From the human T2T-CHM13v2.0 reference genome, Homo sapiens: 64,000 nucleotides of DNA. Positions 12,921 to 27,432 of the stretch are shown here, piece by piece. The notes beneath the pieces are model-generated. The model did no database searches and was not told the origin of the DNA. It worked only from the letters and a program-made list of their open reading frames with translations. The stretch's first letter is position 1; every line of letters starts with the position of its first letter. Position numbers and translations under genes: made by a program. The stretch is taken from assembly GCF_009914755.1 (NCBI RefSeq), contig NC_060935.1, one strand, 5' to 3'.

Positions 12921-14505
12921 GTAATACTGTACTTATAATTTATTCTCTCTTATAGTTTTGTTACTGTGTCTTCCTTTCTCTTCCAGGTTTTAAGTTACTT
13001 GAGGGTACAAGTCATCTTTCTTTATAGCACCTACCCTACTGTTTTGTGTATAAATGATATGAATAACTTTAATGTATAAGTTAGTATTTATTTTAAAAGA
13101 ATATCTGCAATGCTGAGTTGTGGCACTATCCTGAGAAGAGACATTCCAGGAACTGACCAGCAGGAGGAGCTACTGCAGGTCCTTTTCTCTTACAAACCCT
13201 CTGGTCCCCAGATGACATTATTTAAGCACAGAGGATGGGGAGAAAAAAGGAAAGATTAACATTTATTGAAAATCTCCTCTCTTCCAGATACAATGTTCAT
13301 TCATACTCACAGTTTTCTGATGAGGCAGGTGTTACTCTAGCAATTTCCCCAATGAGACAGCAGAGTTTTAGAGAACTTGATTGAGATTACACATCTAGGA
13401 AGTAGAGAAGCCAGAATTCTACAGAGGAATTATTAGCCAAGGAGAATCTTTGGGAGTTGGAAGAATAGAAGGAGGTAGAGAAGATGGCAAATCAGGACTA
13501 GATACATTTCCACGAAGTCTTAGAAGAGAAAAGGCTAGCTAGCTAACCAACCCCCTCTTCAGTCCCCAGCCCCCAACCCCCAAGATTAGAAATGTGTGAT
13601 TCTGAGTTGGGAACAGGAGACGAATCTGAGATATGTTTAGAGGTTCTGATAGTACAAAATCAATTCCTCTTACTATATTGTGCTGTGCCTAGGCATAAAG
13701 TATTTATGAGTGGAGTAAAGTTTGCATCACCCTGTGCATTGAAGCAGGATCTGAGAAACATCCCCCTACATGCTGTGTCAAACTAAGTGGTGAAGAAAAG
13801 TTTCTCAAAACTTCTATCATATCAAGAATTTAAGTTACTCTGCACCTATGGAGCCCTGCAAATTATGAGTCAATACATTCAAATCCATGATGTGTCTGAC
13901 TTTGAGGTCTGTTTTTACTTCATCATACAGACTTAAGACTCATTATTTCCTGTAAATGTTCCCTTCCCATCCATCAAGATATGTTATCCTCAAGACACTT
14001 CCAACATGACCAGAATCAACTGTAGTGAATCATGTATTATTGAACCTTGCAAAACTATTTTAGCATTCTCCCAAAAGTATTTCTGTTTTCTCTCTGTCTG
14101 CCTACTTTTTCTTGCCCATTTAACAGCAACTTCAAAGAAAAAGTACTAGGTAAAAACATTCATTTTATAGAACCCTGCTACTACTGGTATTTAATAAATA
14201 GTAAATAATAAGCCTATAATTGCTAAATGTGGGCAACAGCTGCTACTATGGCTTATAGATCTTCTCTATGAAAAGATTTCATTATATTTGTACAATTCTG
14301 GGATGACACTGCTGGTTTTTTGCAGTTATGAAATGAATAATCACAGAAGAAAATTAACTGACAATAACATATTCTGAAGAACACTTGTCTATTGCCTGGT
14401 CTTGTTTTTGTCTAGATTCAAAATCACATTTGTGATGTATATACTTTCCTTTTTATTCATTTTCAAGGTCCTGTTTTCCTTCAAACATTTGCTTGGAATG
14501 GATAC

Positions 14506-14507
<2 letters not shown>

Positions 14508-14549
<42 letters not shown>
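14508..14549. repeat. (GT)21 microsatellite
   Basis: Direct reading. Confidence 0.97.
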
Positions 14550-14551
<2 letters not shown>

Positions 14552-17500
14552 TACATGTATGGACATGCCCCATGTGGAGATGGAGGAAAAAAGGAATGAA
14601 ATAGTTGATCTGTTTCCTAATATAATCTAAAATACCTGCTGTTTTTGATCTTAAAGGTAAAATGAATTTCAGTAACAGATAAAATGAATTTCAGTAAACA
14701 TTACATGTCCCATTATATTTGTCAATAACAGGAGTCCCTTACATCCAAAGCCAGACCCTCAACAGTAAGACTTAGGAAAACAAAATTCTATTATAACTTG
14801 GGACAAAACCGTTTCAACATCCTGCAAGCTTTGTAAGTTTCATAAGTTTCTCCTTAAACTACTTTCTTATTTTTGATATTTTTTAAGTCCTGACATTTAA
14901 AAGATAACTTTGTGCAAGAATTTTACTCATTTTCCTACAAAAGTGATTCTTTCTTGTCATGAAAATTGCCAAGGGAGAATTTACAAAGTAACTTTACATA
15001 CAAAAAAAGAGTTCTTGATTTTCAGGACAGGAACTGGATTTGTACTGTGTCTTGTCAGTCCTGGAGGTCCCAAAACAACTTCAGAAAGACCGAGCTCTCT
15101 ATTTTGCCTTTTACATTAATAACAGATTCATTAACTAAATTTGGGTTACAGAAGAAGGAACAGTTGATGAAATAGTAAGAATGTGGCACAATTTTCGAAA
15201 CCTGGTGGAGGATGTGGCTGTGTCTTTAGAAGGCTCTGCTGAGACTCTGCCCTGGAAATCATGGAACCCTAACAAGGGAGTTTGGCAGAAACTGGTATCT
15301 CAGAGACTCCCTGTACTTGTTTCAACAGAGTGGTACTCTCACTTCAAATAACAGAAAAGGACAGCACAGAGGCGCTGAGGCGACTGCCAGGTGTTCTGCA
15401 GGACTCTGTTTGAGCTCTTCCTTCCTTTGGATTCTAGCTTCAGAGGGATTCATGCAGTTCCCTGGTGTTAGGGAAACTGTTTCATATCACTAAAGTCGAC
15501 AGGGGAGCAGGGTAGGGAACGTGAAGACTGTGACAACAGAGGAGGAGGATCACTGGTCTACAGTGGAGCAGTTGACAGAGCTGTGTGCCAGTTCTTAGCT
15601 GCCTCAACCTTTATCTCAGAAACCACAAGTCTCAGATTAGACGGTGGTGGATCTCTTCCGGCCTTTGTGATCGCCTCTGGTTTATGGCTGTCTTCTGGTT
15701 TGTGTTTCTGGTTCATTCTCCTTGATTGGCAACCATAGACCAAGGATGGTCACTCAAAATTGAAAACAGAAAAAGCACAAAAATAGGATAGCTTAGTTCA
15801 TTTGTAGATAGTGCTGCTGAGGCTAAAGTTATGGACTGGATTCTCAAATTAGGCCAATCAACAGTATCTTAATGTACAAGGACACCAACATTGTATATCA
15901 CAGAATCTGGCAAAGAATGAATTGGGGGGAGAGAGAGAAATGAACTAAACGGATTGATTATTGAAAAGTTGACTTTCTTCTTTTGAAAACAGTTATCTGT
16001 TAATCTTAGGGGTGGCAGGTGATCTCATTAACTCATACTTGCACCGAATAACAGACTAAAAATCAATACACATGACCAAAAGCGGAAAGAGATGGGACTA
16101 GCATAAATGTCAAAAGATTAAAAGTATCTTGTTGTTCACAGTAAAAGAACTTTGGCTGAGCACTTAAAAATGCCCTTGACATCATCAAAGCAAAATGTTC
16201 ACTCATTGTTTCCATATGTTATTCTGCTCTCCAAGCCTGTTTTGTATTTTTATTTTTCCTTTTTTAACTTTCTAAAATCATGAGGGCTTTTGTCTAAAAA
16301 ACATGTTCAATTCAGAATAAATCCATGAATCAAGAGAGTGTGAGCCTGTGAGAGATACCATGTCCTGCTTAGGACGGGCTACCCTGCCTCCTGGGGCTCC
16401 TGCCCTCGAATTGCGGAATATCCATGGCAATGATGACACACAGCTGATGACCTCATATGGACATGGCCAGATGGTAAAAGATTTACCCGGAGGTTGAATT
16501 GGGACAAAGACCCAACAGAACTTTGCTAGCCCCAGCTCTGCCCTCAGCTGGCCAGGTCTTCTCCAGTCTAAATCTCAAAATCCTCATTTTTAAAATGGAT
16601 AATGGTGGTCTAGGTGGTTTCCACGTTCTATGTATCTATATTGAAGACCTGTAGAACTTGCAAAGCAACATTATTATTGATAATTTCAACCAAATCCTAA
16701 GCTATCATTTTTTAAAAAAACAGCATAAAATTCTGGGAAGACAAAGGACAATGCTAAACTGACACTAACCTCTTCTCTTCCAGGATCCCTTCTGTCCAAG
16801 AGATTTGAAATCATTGTTCTGACATAAGAAATTCACTGTCAAGAATATATCTGCCTTTGCACTCTGTCTGTCAAATTTAAAAGGTTTTAATGCATTTGTA
16901 TTGGATTCTCTGCTCCTATGCCCCTTGGTGCAGTTACAATTGGGGTATTGATTGAGGCTTTCTGAAAAATGAAAAGGAGGAAAAGAGACTTTTGTTCTCC
17001 CACTCCACAGCCATAAGTCCTGCCTTCACATTCAGCCCCCCTGCTTTTCCTCTGCCCATGGTCCAAGTACACCTAAGGCATTTCCATCAGAGTAGGAAAC
17101 TCATTTTTTTTCTTGGCCTTAGATTTCTGAAAAATAAAATGTTATTTTCAAAAATGGAGGCAACATATACCCTGATAGGCTCGTTCTGATTCAAGACTGA
17201 AAGCATGCCTAACAAATGAAGGGACTTGGTGTGATTTAGTGTAATGCCAGCAGCAGAAACACAACTGTAAATTATCCTTTTCCAACCTGCTCTCTGAGGC
17301 TCAAATTGCTGTTTTGCTGTCTGCATCTCTAATGATGGTTGATGCATCCCCTGGGAAGGAAAGTACTGATCTTCTCTATCTTGATTTAGCAGCTGTGATG
17401 ATTATATATATATGTATATAATATATATATTCTAGCAGTCACCAAAGTCAATGAAGGCAAAAGGGGAGTGAGAAAGAAAAACTTTGTTCAATTTGCCATA

Positions 17501-17869
17501 AGTGGCAAATAATTTTCATATAAAAACACCTCTTTCAGTCATTATTTAATCTGCTTTGGTTTAAACAATAAAGAATTCTGGCAGTTATGACAGGGTTTTG
17601 GGTTTTGTTTTTTGTTTTAAGACCAGAGCAGTTCTATGGTTTTTGTATGAGACTTTGGATAGTGTCTAATTCTTGACCTTTCAAATCACAAATGAGTCAC
17701 CTAATCTATCAAGGTCACACATCCTGGTAAATAAGCAGAGGTGGGAGTCGAGAAAGTCTTCCAGGGGAAAAGCATATGAGAACTGAAGAATGGGTGGAAA
17801 TTAATCAGAGAAGGAGAAGCACCTGTTTTACTCTCTTCTTCTACAGAGATGTAGAGATGCTAAATATCA

Positions 17870-18320
17870 TGGATCTTTCATAAATGAAGATACAGGACAT
17901 TGCTAATCACATCTGTAGGTGAGAAAAGCTTGCAGGAAGAGAAAACATGTTTTACAAAGGAATTTTCCATCAAATGGCTGCCAAATGTTGAGCTAATGAA
18001 CCAAATCTTATAATAAAATTTAATAGGGATAAATGTATCCTATGTGTGTGTTCAAAAAACATTTTTTAAATACTCTTCTGTAGGATAGGGTAAACATAGA
18101 TCAACAGTAACACATGTTCTAGGAGGTCATTAATATTACTACATCAATAGATATAGAACTTTCTAAGGTGAGCATCCTGCTTTCCCGTCTCTGCTCTAAT
18201 CAGATCATTCCTGGAATGACATGTTGTGTTCACTTCCTCATGAGACAATTTAAAGAGCATCCAGAGAAACTGAAACACAATCAAAGAAAAATGTTCTAAA
18301 CTTGAAATGATAAAATGAAA
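17870..18320 (+). mobile_element. CR1/L3 LINE ORF2 remnant
   Basis: aaatttaatagggataaatgta...tctgctctaatcagatcattcctggaat...gagaaactgaaacacaatcaaaga resembles L3 ORF2. Confidence 0.6.
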
Positions 18321-18403
18321 TAAAACATGGTGCTGGTGCTGCAAATACATACACATAGACTGTCTTAGCCAAGCACTTTCCTATTCCATGCCCACTCTAT
18401 TTC

Positions 18404-18590
18404 CAGGGGTAGCAAATAGGTTTTAACTTGTTGCATGACAAGTATGGTCCATTGGTTGTAATTTCCTAGAGTGATGTGACCAAGAGTCCTGAGACTATAT
18501 GCAAACTAGGCCAACAAATCAATTAGCAATGACTGCCACAGCCATGGGGGCAGGAGCAGTGGCCTCTAGCCTAGACATTGGCCATTTCTG
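18404..18590. mobile_element. hAT-Charlie MITE (MER117-like)
   Basis: Imperfect TIRs caggggtagcaaat / attggccatttctg, ~190 bp. Confidence 0.55.
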
Positions 18591-19407
18591 CCTGGTGAGC
18601 TACATTCTTTGGCCAGTAGAAATCCAATTTTTGGCTTTGGGCTTACCTTCACCTCAGCCAAACAGTGGCCTCTTCACAAGAAGTCTGGTAAATCCTTCTG
18701 GAAGGTAGCCAGGCCAAAATGAGACCATAAAGGCACGTTAACAAGTGAGACTGTAGGTGAATATTAAACCCTGTTGATCTCCTTCAGTGCCCTTCAAATG
18801 AATTAGAAGAAGCATGTCTGAGCTGGTGCCATATGTAAATTGTCTTTCTGAAGACAGTAAGGACTGAATTCTAATAAGTCTTCCTGGTCCTTGTGAATGT
18901 ACCCAGTGAAATCCAGCTTTAAAATATAAGGAATGTAACCTTTTTAAAAAGATAGGCAAGAAAAGGTCAGTCCTTTCATAGTCCCTGTGGTACCCCCTTC
19001 TTTCAGGCCATTTCTCCTGAGTCTTTGGCGAATAGACATCCACAAAGTCCCAGTGGACTTATCTTGGTGAGGCACTGGAGGGAAACATCATGGAATGGCA
19101 CTGTGACTGTGGGGTCCTGAAGGAAAGTGAACATTAAGGAGACTTCAGCTGTTGCTTAAAAAAAAAAAAAATCACAATTAGGCCTGTTTGGCATTTTGGA
19201 GTGAGTCAGAATACCAGGCTTTGAGTCCTGGTTTCGCCAGATAAGATCCTAAGGTCAAATTATTTAATCCTATTAGAAACTGAAACACAGAGCGATTAAT
19301 ATCACTGTCACTCATACAATAGGGTTGCTTTAGGGATTAAATGATGAATCCCCTTAAATTATTTTTGCTTTGTTTTAAAGTAAGAAATTATAATTGTGAA
19401 AAATGTA

Positions 19408-19699
19408 TTTTTTTTTTTTGAGACAGAGTCTCGCTCTGTTGCCAGGTTGCAGTTCAGTGGCACAATCTCAGCTCACTGCAACCTCCACCTCCTGGGTTCA
19501 AGTGATTCTCCTGCCTCAGCCTCCCAAATAGCTGGGAGTACAGGCACACTCCACCACACCAAGCTACTTTTTTGTATTTTTAGTAAAGACGGGGTTTCAT
19601 CATGTTGGCCAGGATGGGCTCGAACTCTTGACCTCGTGATCTGCCCACCTCGGCCTCCCAAAGTGCTGGGATTACAGGCATGAGCCACCCTGCCTGGCC
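19408..19699 (-). mobile_element. Alu (AluSc-like)
   Basis: Full Alu reverse complement with ctctgttgccagg and gacctcgtgatc; TSD gaaaa(a)tgtatttt. Confidence 0.95.
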
Positions 19700-19834
19700 G
19701 AAAATGTATTTTTTAAAAAGGAAGATATACAAAGAAAGAGAAGAAGAAATAGATCACTTCTAATCATATGACTTAGAAATCACTGCCATGACCATTTTAG
19801 TCCATAACACTTACTAATAACAGTAGAAGCACAT

Positions 19835-19837
<3 letters not shown>

Positions 19838-19878
<41 letters not shown>
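19838..19878. repeat. (AC)20 microsatellite
   Basis: Direct reading. Confidence 0.97.
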
Positions 19879-19880
<2 letters not shown>

Positions 19881-20075
19881 CATACACACGCACAGGCTAT
19901 GAGGAATGGGAAGAATTTATTTGGCTCCAGAGTCCTGGGATAAACAGAACCCAAAGTGGCTGAATGGCAAGAAATATCAATAGTGCTTTGTTTGGCCTGA
20001 AATTCTACTATGCAAGTAAAAACATTATACATGAATTCATATATTTTATGAGACACTTAAATGCATTTTAAAGCA

Positions 20076-20226
20076 TTTTGAGATAGAGTCTCACTCTGTC
20101 ACCCAGGCTAGAGTGCAGTTGCATAATCATAGCTCACTGCAGCCTGGAACTCCCGGGCTCAAGAAATCCTCCTGCCTCTGCCTCCCAAAGCACTGGGATT
20201 ACAGGTATGAGCCAACATCCCTAGCC
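20076..20226 (-). mobile_element. Alu monomer (FRAM/AluJ-derived)
   Basis: Single arm; imperfect TSD tttaaagcattt / tttaagcacttt. Confidence 0.9.
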
Positions 20227-22351
20227 TTTAAGCACTTTTTAATGTTAGCAAATGCACCATGTAACAGTGAGATGATATTTTTATTGATGATCCCTAGCCC
20301 TGATGAGAGGACGCACAGATAGGAGGACATTATTGGACTATTGAAAGAATTGCTATTATGCTACCAGCAATCACAAAAGCTTCTCAAGTGGTATAGGTCC
20401 AAATGTATGTTCATTATTACTGGATGGACCTTGGACCCATACTACCAGCTGGTCTTCTATTTAGCTTATCACATGCTGTGTCACATGTTGTATATTCTAG
20501 GTAATTTAAGTCACCTTCGAACATCCGCCTCTACTCCAGAGTCACACACTGATTTGGACTTCCTGGATCTTAGTACTCAGAGAGTCAATGCAGTACACAA
20601 AATGAAACCAAATAATGTCAGGTATGATCTGAAAAGAATGGGCCTAAGAGACTCATTCCCTATCCCATCCTACTAAAGAAAATAGTAAACGACCCAACTA
20701 CAGCAGACTCAGGGAAGAGGGAGCCACATTCATATTTTAGATAAAACCCTTTTGTTTCTCCATTTAGAGTTTTTCTCTTGAAACTTTTGTTCAATCATGT
20801 GTCCTTGAGAATGCCATTCTACTCCTTTACACACTGGCAGCTTGCTCATCTTTGAATGGCAAGGTATCAGGGTGGGGAGCGGACTGGAAATGATGTCTGA
20901 AACTCCCTCTAGAGGTTAATTAGGTGGGCAACATTCTTGTTACCTGATTCTCTATTGCTGCAACCTATTTAAGTCCACAGATAACTTCCTTGAGAGTAGA
21001 GTCACATTGTCTGGCTGTCAAATAGGATCAGTTAACCAATGAACTTATAATCATCCACAAGGAGTTACCTAATTAGGAGTAAGAAATTAAGTTCAGTGTT
21101 GTTCCTTGGCACTAACCCTGACACTACTTCAAGAATAATAAAGTCTTAAAAATCAAAGACAGGACTGACCATTTAAATTATGTGAGCATTTACTCAACAC
21201 AACTGGCATTTACCAATAAGTGAGCATTTACCCAGCACAATATCTACACACAATTGCCATCAATTTATGAAAACCTGTTTTAAATGGCAAATTTTAAAAT
21301 TAGTGAAGTTGGGAGAGTTGTTTCTTACATAGGCATTAGGCACTACAGTCACTACGTTAGACATAAAATCCACATAGGTAACAGTGCTCTTGAAAATCCC
21401 ATAATTTTGTTCATAAATTATAAGAAATATTTTTGTATATAATCATATGAATTTCTTTCATCATATTTTCTAACTCTCTATGAATATGTTTGTTTGCTTT
21501 ATTTTTTGTGAACTTCAAAAATGTCAACAACTGGTCACATGAATACTGGTTTTCATGTCTTTAAAAAATCAGATCATTTTTCCATATAATTAACTCTTTT
21601 TCATCTGTTAGTCTGCAACATGTGCACATTGAATTGAATGATATACAGGATTGATATACAGGATTGAATGATATACAGGATTGGAACCACCAATCCTGTT
21701 TAACTTGGCATTGAATCAATAAAGACTTTTAAATTGAATTGTATGAATTTGAATTTCAATGATAGACTGAAGGGAAAAGATATTTGGGGGTTTAGCCTGC
21801 AGACAAGTATGGACTCATCCTCTCATTTAGCACTCTAAAGGAAAATGACAGGAAAGTGATCTGAATAATAACACAAATATTTACTTTTTATTCAGTTTCT
21901 ACTGTTAGCCAACCACTACATCAGGCCCTCACAAGAGCCTTTCAAGAATAGGTATTAACATCTTCATTTTTAGATTAGTTTATAGAAATTAATTAGTTTT
22001 GCTCAAGGCTTTGAAGCAAATAAATTGTAGGCCATAATTTGAGCACAGAAGGGTAAAGTTCATGCTCTTTCCATCTGTCTAAAGAAAATCCGCCCTTTGA
22101 AAATGAAATTTGAGTTTCCCATATCTGATAAATAACTCTTATGTTTTCAACAAATGTGGCACTTGTCTCAGAGAGTAAGTCATCATATGATTTATCCCAG
22201 AACACGACCCCACTTATAAAGAAGTATTTCTCCTCTTTGTTGGCACTTTCGGGACAGCTGAACTCATTCTGAAAACACTAAATCTGCAGACTTTCCTTGC
22301 CCAGAATAATCATTCTTCAGGCTGGGAAGCACTCCTTGGTAAAGATCTAAG

Positions 22352-22540
22352 CAGTGGTTCTGAGAGTGTGATCACCAGCCAAACAGCATCAGTGGCAACA
22401 GGGAACTTATTAGAAATGCAAATTCTAGGGTCCAGCTGCAGACCTGCCAAATCAGAAATTCTGGGGACAGGGCCCAGCAATCTGTTATTTTACAAGCCCT
22501 TTATGTGGTTCTGTTCCACAGTCAACTTTGAGAAGAACCT
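22352..22540. mobile_element. MER5A hAT MITE
   Basis: cagtggttct...gggaacttattagaaatgcaaattct...ggcccagcaatctg...tttgagaa. Confidence 0.85.
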
Positions 22541-22934
22541 ACCACGTTTGTGGCACTCCTACAAGTCTCTGAGATCCTGAGACATCCTTCTGTATGTTCC
22601 ATGCAAAGAGTATTTATTAGGCTGCTAAATGCAACTGATGGCAAAAGAGCCAAGTCTAAATTTGTTTTGCCTGTTTATTCTTTCCTTAAACAGAGAGCTT
22701 TAATTTTATCAAAAGAATGCAAAACAAAGTATCCCTGCTTTACTCTAGGAGGATTGAGGAGATGGATCCAGAGTCGTGGATAACTGTGAACACAGACACA
22801 GGTGTACTTATGCACACACATGAACGCCCAGATGCACAAGCATGAAGGGAACTCTGTCTAGGTTCGGGGAAGGCCTGAAAGTTCCAAGAATCCTCATGTA
22901 GGGTTGGGAGCCCAAGGGCAGCGCTCAACTTCGG

Positions 22935-24890
22935 AAATACAGTGATATGTTACTGGAATAAAAACAGAAACATAGACAAATGAGACAGAATAGAAAGCCC
23001 AGAAATAAATCTAAATATATATGGTCAACCAATTTTTGGCAAGGGCATCAAGAAGACAGAATAGGCAAAGATAGGCTTTTAAAAATTTAATACTGGAAAA
23101 GCTGGCATTACATCCAAAAGAAGGAAATAAGGAAATTAGACCCTTATCTTACAACATACACAAAAATCAACTCAAAATGGATAAAAGCCCAAAACATAAG
23201 ACCTCAAACCATAAAACTTCTAGAAGAAAACATAGGGGGAAAGGGTTCTTGACATTGGCCTTGGAAATGATTTTTTTTAATATCACACCAAAAGTTCATG
23301 TTAATAAAGTAAATAAATAAATAAATAAATTGAACTGCATAAAGCTAAAGAGCTTATGTACAGCAAAGGAATCAACTGCCAAAATGAAAGACAACCTACA
23401 GCTTGGGAATAAATGTTTGCAAACCATATATTCAATAAGGAGCTAATATTGAAAATTTATAAAGAACTCATACAACTCAACAGCAAGAAAACATATAACT
23501 CAGTTAAAAAATGGGCAAAAGACCTGACTATTTCTCAAAAGATGATATAAAATTGGCCAGCAAGTCCATGAAAAGATGCTCAGCATCACTAATGATCAGA
23601 GAAATGCACATCAAAACCGCAATATCACCTCACACCTGTTAGAATGGCTGTTAACAAAGAGACAAGAGATAACAACTGTTGGCAAGGGTGTGCGAAAAGG
23701 GGAACCCTTGTACACCGTTAGTGGGAACGTAGATTGCTGCAGCCATTATGGAAAATGATATGGAGGTTCCTAAAGAAACTAAAAATGGAGGTATCATATG
23801 ACCCAGGAATTCCTTTTCTGTGTATATACCCAAAGGAAATGAAATCACCACCTCTTGAAGATAACTGTAGTCTCGTGGTCATTGCACCATTGTTTATAAT
23901 GGCCAAGATATGAAAACAAGCTAACTGTCCATTGATAGACAAATTGATAAAGAAATTGTGCCTCTGCCTTAAAAAAGGAGACTCTCCTGACATTTGTCAC
24001 AACATAGATGAACTGGAGGACATTATACTAAGTAAAATAAACCAGACACAGAAAGAAAACATTGCATGATCTCACTTTTATGTGGAATCAAAAAAATAAA
24101 TAAATAAACAGTCAAGTTTGTCTCTATCAAGAGATAGAGAATAAAACGGTGGTTACACAGTGTCTTAGTCGATTTTCTGTTGCTTTTCACAGAATACCTG
24201 AAACTTAGTAATTTATGAAGAAAATGAATTTATTTCTTATAGTTATGGAGGTTAGGAAGTCCAAGGCCAAGGGGTCAGTTATGGTGAAAGCCTTCTTGCT
24301 GGTGGGGACTCTGCAAAGCCTCGGCACTAGGCATCACATGGCAAGGGGGCTGAGTGTGTTAACTCAGGTCTCTCTTCCTCTTCTTATGAAGCCACCAGTC
24401 TCACTCCTATGATAATCCATTAATCCATTAACCCATTAGTTCATTAATTAATGAATGGATTATGAGGGCAGAGCCCTTGGATCCAATCACCTCTTAAAGG
24501 CCCACCTCTAAATACTGACACATTGGGGATTAAGTTTCAATCTATGTTTCAGAGGAGACAGATATTCAAACCATAGCACCAGGGACAGGGTGGGGTGAGT
24601 GAAGAAAATGGGAGATGTAGGTCAAAAGATACAAAGTAGTAGATACATAGGATGAACAAATATAGCGATCTAATGTACAGCATGAGGACAGTTAATGATA
24701 GTGTATTTGTAGTTAATGATAGCATACTATATTCAGGATTTTTGTTAATGAGTAGATTGCAGTTGTTCTTGCCACAAAAAAATGGGTAGCTGTGTGAGAT
24801 GATTAATATAATTTATATGTTAATTTCATTCCCTATAGTAACCATTTTTACTACTTCAAGGAATTTACATTTAAACCTTAAATTAAAAAA
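22935..24890 (+). mobile_element. L1MA-like 3' fragment (ORF2 end and 3'UTR), interrupted by an MST LTR
   Basis: ORF2 C-terminal homology (atatcacctcacacctgttagaatggct...) and L1MA-type 3'UTR resuming after 24578. Confidence 0.88.
24161..24578 (-). mobile_element. MST (MSTD-like) MaLR solo LTR
   Basis: tgtcttagtc...ccattaatccattaacccatt...attcaaaccatagca; splits L1 ggttac|cag motif. Confidence 0.88.
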
Positions 24891-25488
24891 GAATTTAAAC
24901 ATCTTTAAAATTAATTTTCTCACTAGCATCATTTTTCCATTGATGTCAATATAGGAATATATATTGGGAAATATTAAGGTAAAATAGGTAATTTTGGAGC
25001 CTAAGTTTTAAGTGACACCATACTGTATTATAGCTGAGAAGTACAGTAAATAGTATGAGGTGTGGGTATCCTGGGACAGGAAGAGGATGGATCAGAAGAC
25101 AGTAAGATTGACAGAATCTAACTCAGCCTCAGACCAGGCTGCCTGCTAACTGATTCTGCTGTAAACAATGAAGAGGTTTTCCCTATCAGCAGGCATATAA
25201 CCAAAAAGCCATATAATGAAGAAAGCTAGGCCCTGAACAAACTGGGTTAGGGACTATATCCAACCATGTACTCCCAGCACCAAATGTAGTCCCAGGCACA
25301 GAGCTGACACTGAGTAATTGCTTGTGCTTAATCATCATCATTATACCTACCACTTACTAAGCATCCCACTATGTGCTGGCTGATTTAAATACATTGTTTC
25401 CCACGTTATAAATTTTCAAGCCATGCTTTTTATCCACACAATTGCTTCCAAAGGATTTTCTTGAGGACAGAAAAGAATAGAATGTGAC

Positions 25489-25852
<364 letters not shown>

Positions 25853-27432
25853 TTATAGTTAGAAAAATAACATCCAGCATCAGACTGGTAACATAAATAA
25901 TATCCATTCATAATTATATACTATAAACACTGGAAATTCCAGCTTTACCCCAATAAAATATCAACAAATATTTGGCACCAGCGGCAGCATCAGCAGTCAT
26001 CATTTTAGCCAGTTATTTAAAGGTTGACCAAGTTGATACAAATGACACCACAACCCCAATAAGTTTGAGATCCTTTTTTTTGCACAAAATACAGGTGGTT
26101 TTAACAAAAAACAAAAAACTCTGCTTTTGTGTGAAAGAATATGAAACATGACAGCACAAGCTAGACCTGTATCAAAATGAATTTGACACCATGCACCTGA
26201 GAGCAGCTAGGCTCTCACCCAGGCCCAGGGAACAAGGCTTTGCTCCAATGGCAAAGATGAAGATAGAGGCAGCCAGTCACCTTGGTGAAAACTAGCAGAG
26301 GGCCATTTTTATCACCCCATCTCAACAGTTGAGGAAACTGAGATTTACAGGTAATGATTTGCTCGAAGGTACACAGTTCACACATAAGGCAGACAGGGTT
26401 GGACCTAAAATCAAGCAACATTCTGACCCACAACTCCTAGGAAAGCAATCCCAGGCTCCAAGGTCCAGAAAAGAGACTGTTAGCAAAGTGCTAACAAATG
26501 AGCTTTATATTTATTTCCAAGATGCAGAGTTCAGGCATAGTAGAGGAAGGCAGTGGCAGTAATCAAAATATCATGAACATGAGAGAAAAAGCTCCATCAG
26601 AAAGTGATGCCTATTTGTTCGGTTTCATCTGCCCCTCCTTTGCGCTCAACATCTTTCCACCTCATCTCACCCTCACTGGCACTGCCCCTACATGCATCTG
26701 GATATCAACTCTGGAAGTTAAAAACAGGACCTATTAATGGTACAAAAGGTTCAATGTGCAGAGAGTTCCAGCTAGTCCAGTACTCACTGTCTATTCAGAG
26801 CTAAACAATAGACTTTGTTGATGTTCCTTTCCAGCAATATAGTTCTTGACCCTTTCACTAAAATTGCAATCAGCAGGGAAAAGAAATCCCAGCAATGGTA
26901 ATGGCTGTTATGATTAGTTTTATTAATTATCAACTGCCAGAAAGGATGTTGGGGGAATAGAGTCCTCTGGTGCATCTACTAGGGTCAATATAGACAAACA
27001 GCAACCCCCTTCCTGGAGGGCTCCAGGGTGACAATCATGATGAGTCTGCAGCCTAATTATTCCCTCAACCAATATTTGTATTCATTATGCAAAATCATTG
27101 TTCTCACTCTGCCTTTAGTGACCTCAAATAATAAGGGAACAAAAGAGTTGAAAATCAATTACCCAGATGCTCCTCCATCAAATATGACCCAATATTGGAT
27201 TATTTGCTGGCTATCTTGTTTCTAGCTTATCTACAAAGCTGACAGGGTAGGCTTTAGCCTGCATGTCAGTCACAGGAACAAAGAGGGAAAAGTCAGAGGC
27301 AGTATGGTCTAAGAAGATTGTTCTCAGCCCTGGCTGCAAAGTAGAGAAAGAGAGGGGGAGAAACATTGAGCATTGAAGAAGGAAGGAAGAGAGGCAGGAA
27401 GGGAGGCAGAAAGGGAGAAAAGAATTTATTTC

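Noticed and set aside
13157-13172. CTCF-like motif ccagcaggaggagct
   Set aside because: Two mismatches at core positions; cannot be supported without ChIP data
15558-15743. 61-aa minus-strand ORF in a GC-richer unique segment
   Set aside because: No recognisable homology, weak GAG acceptor, and length within chance expectation
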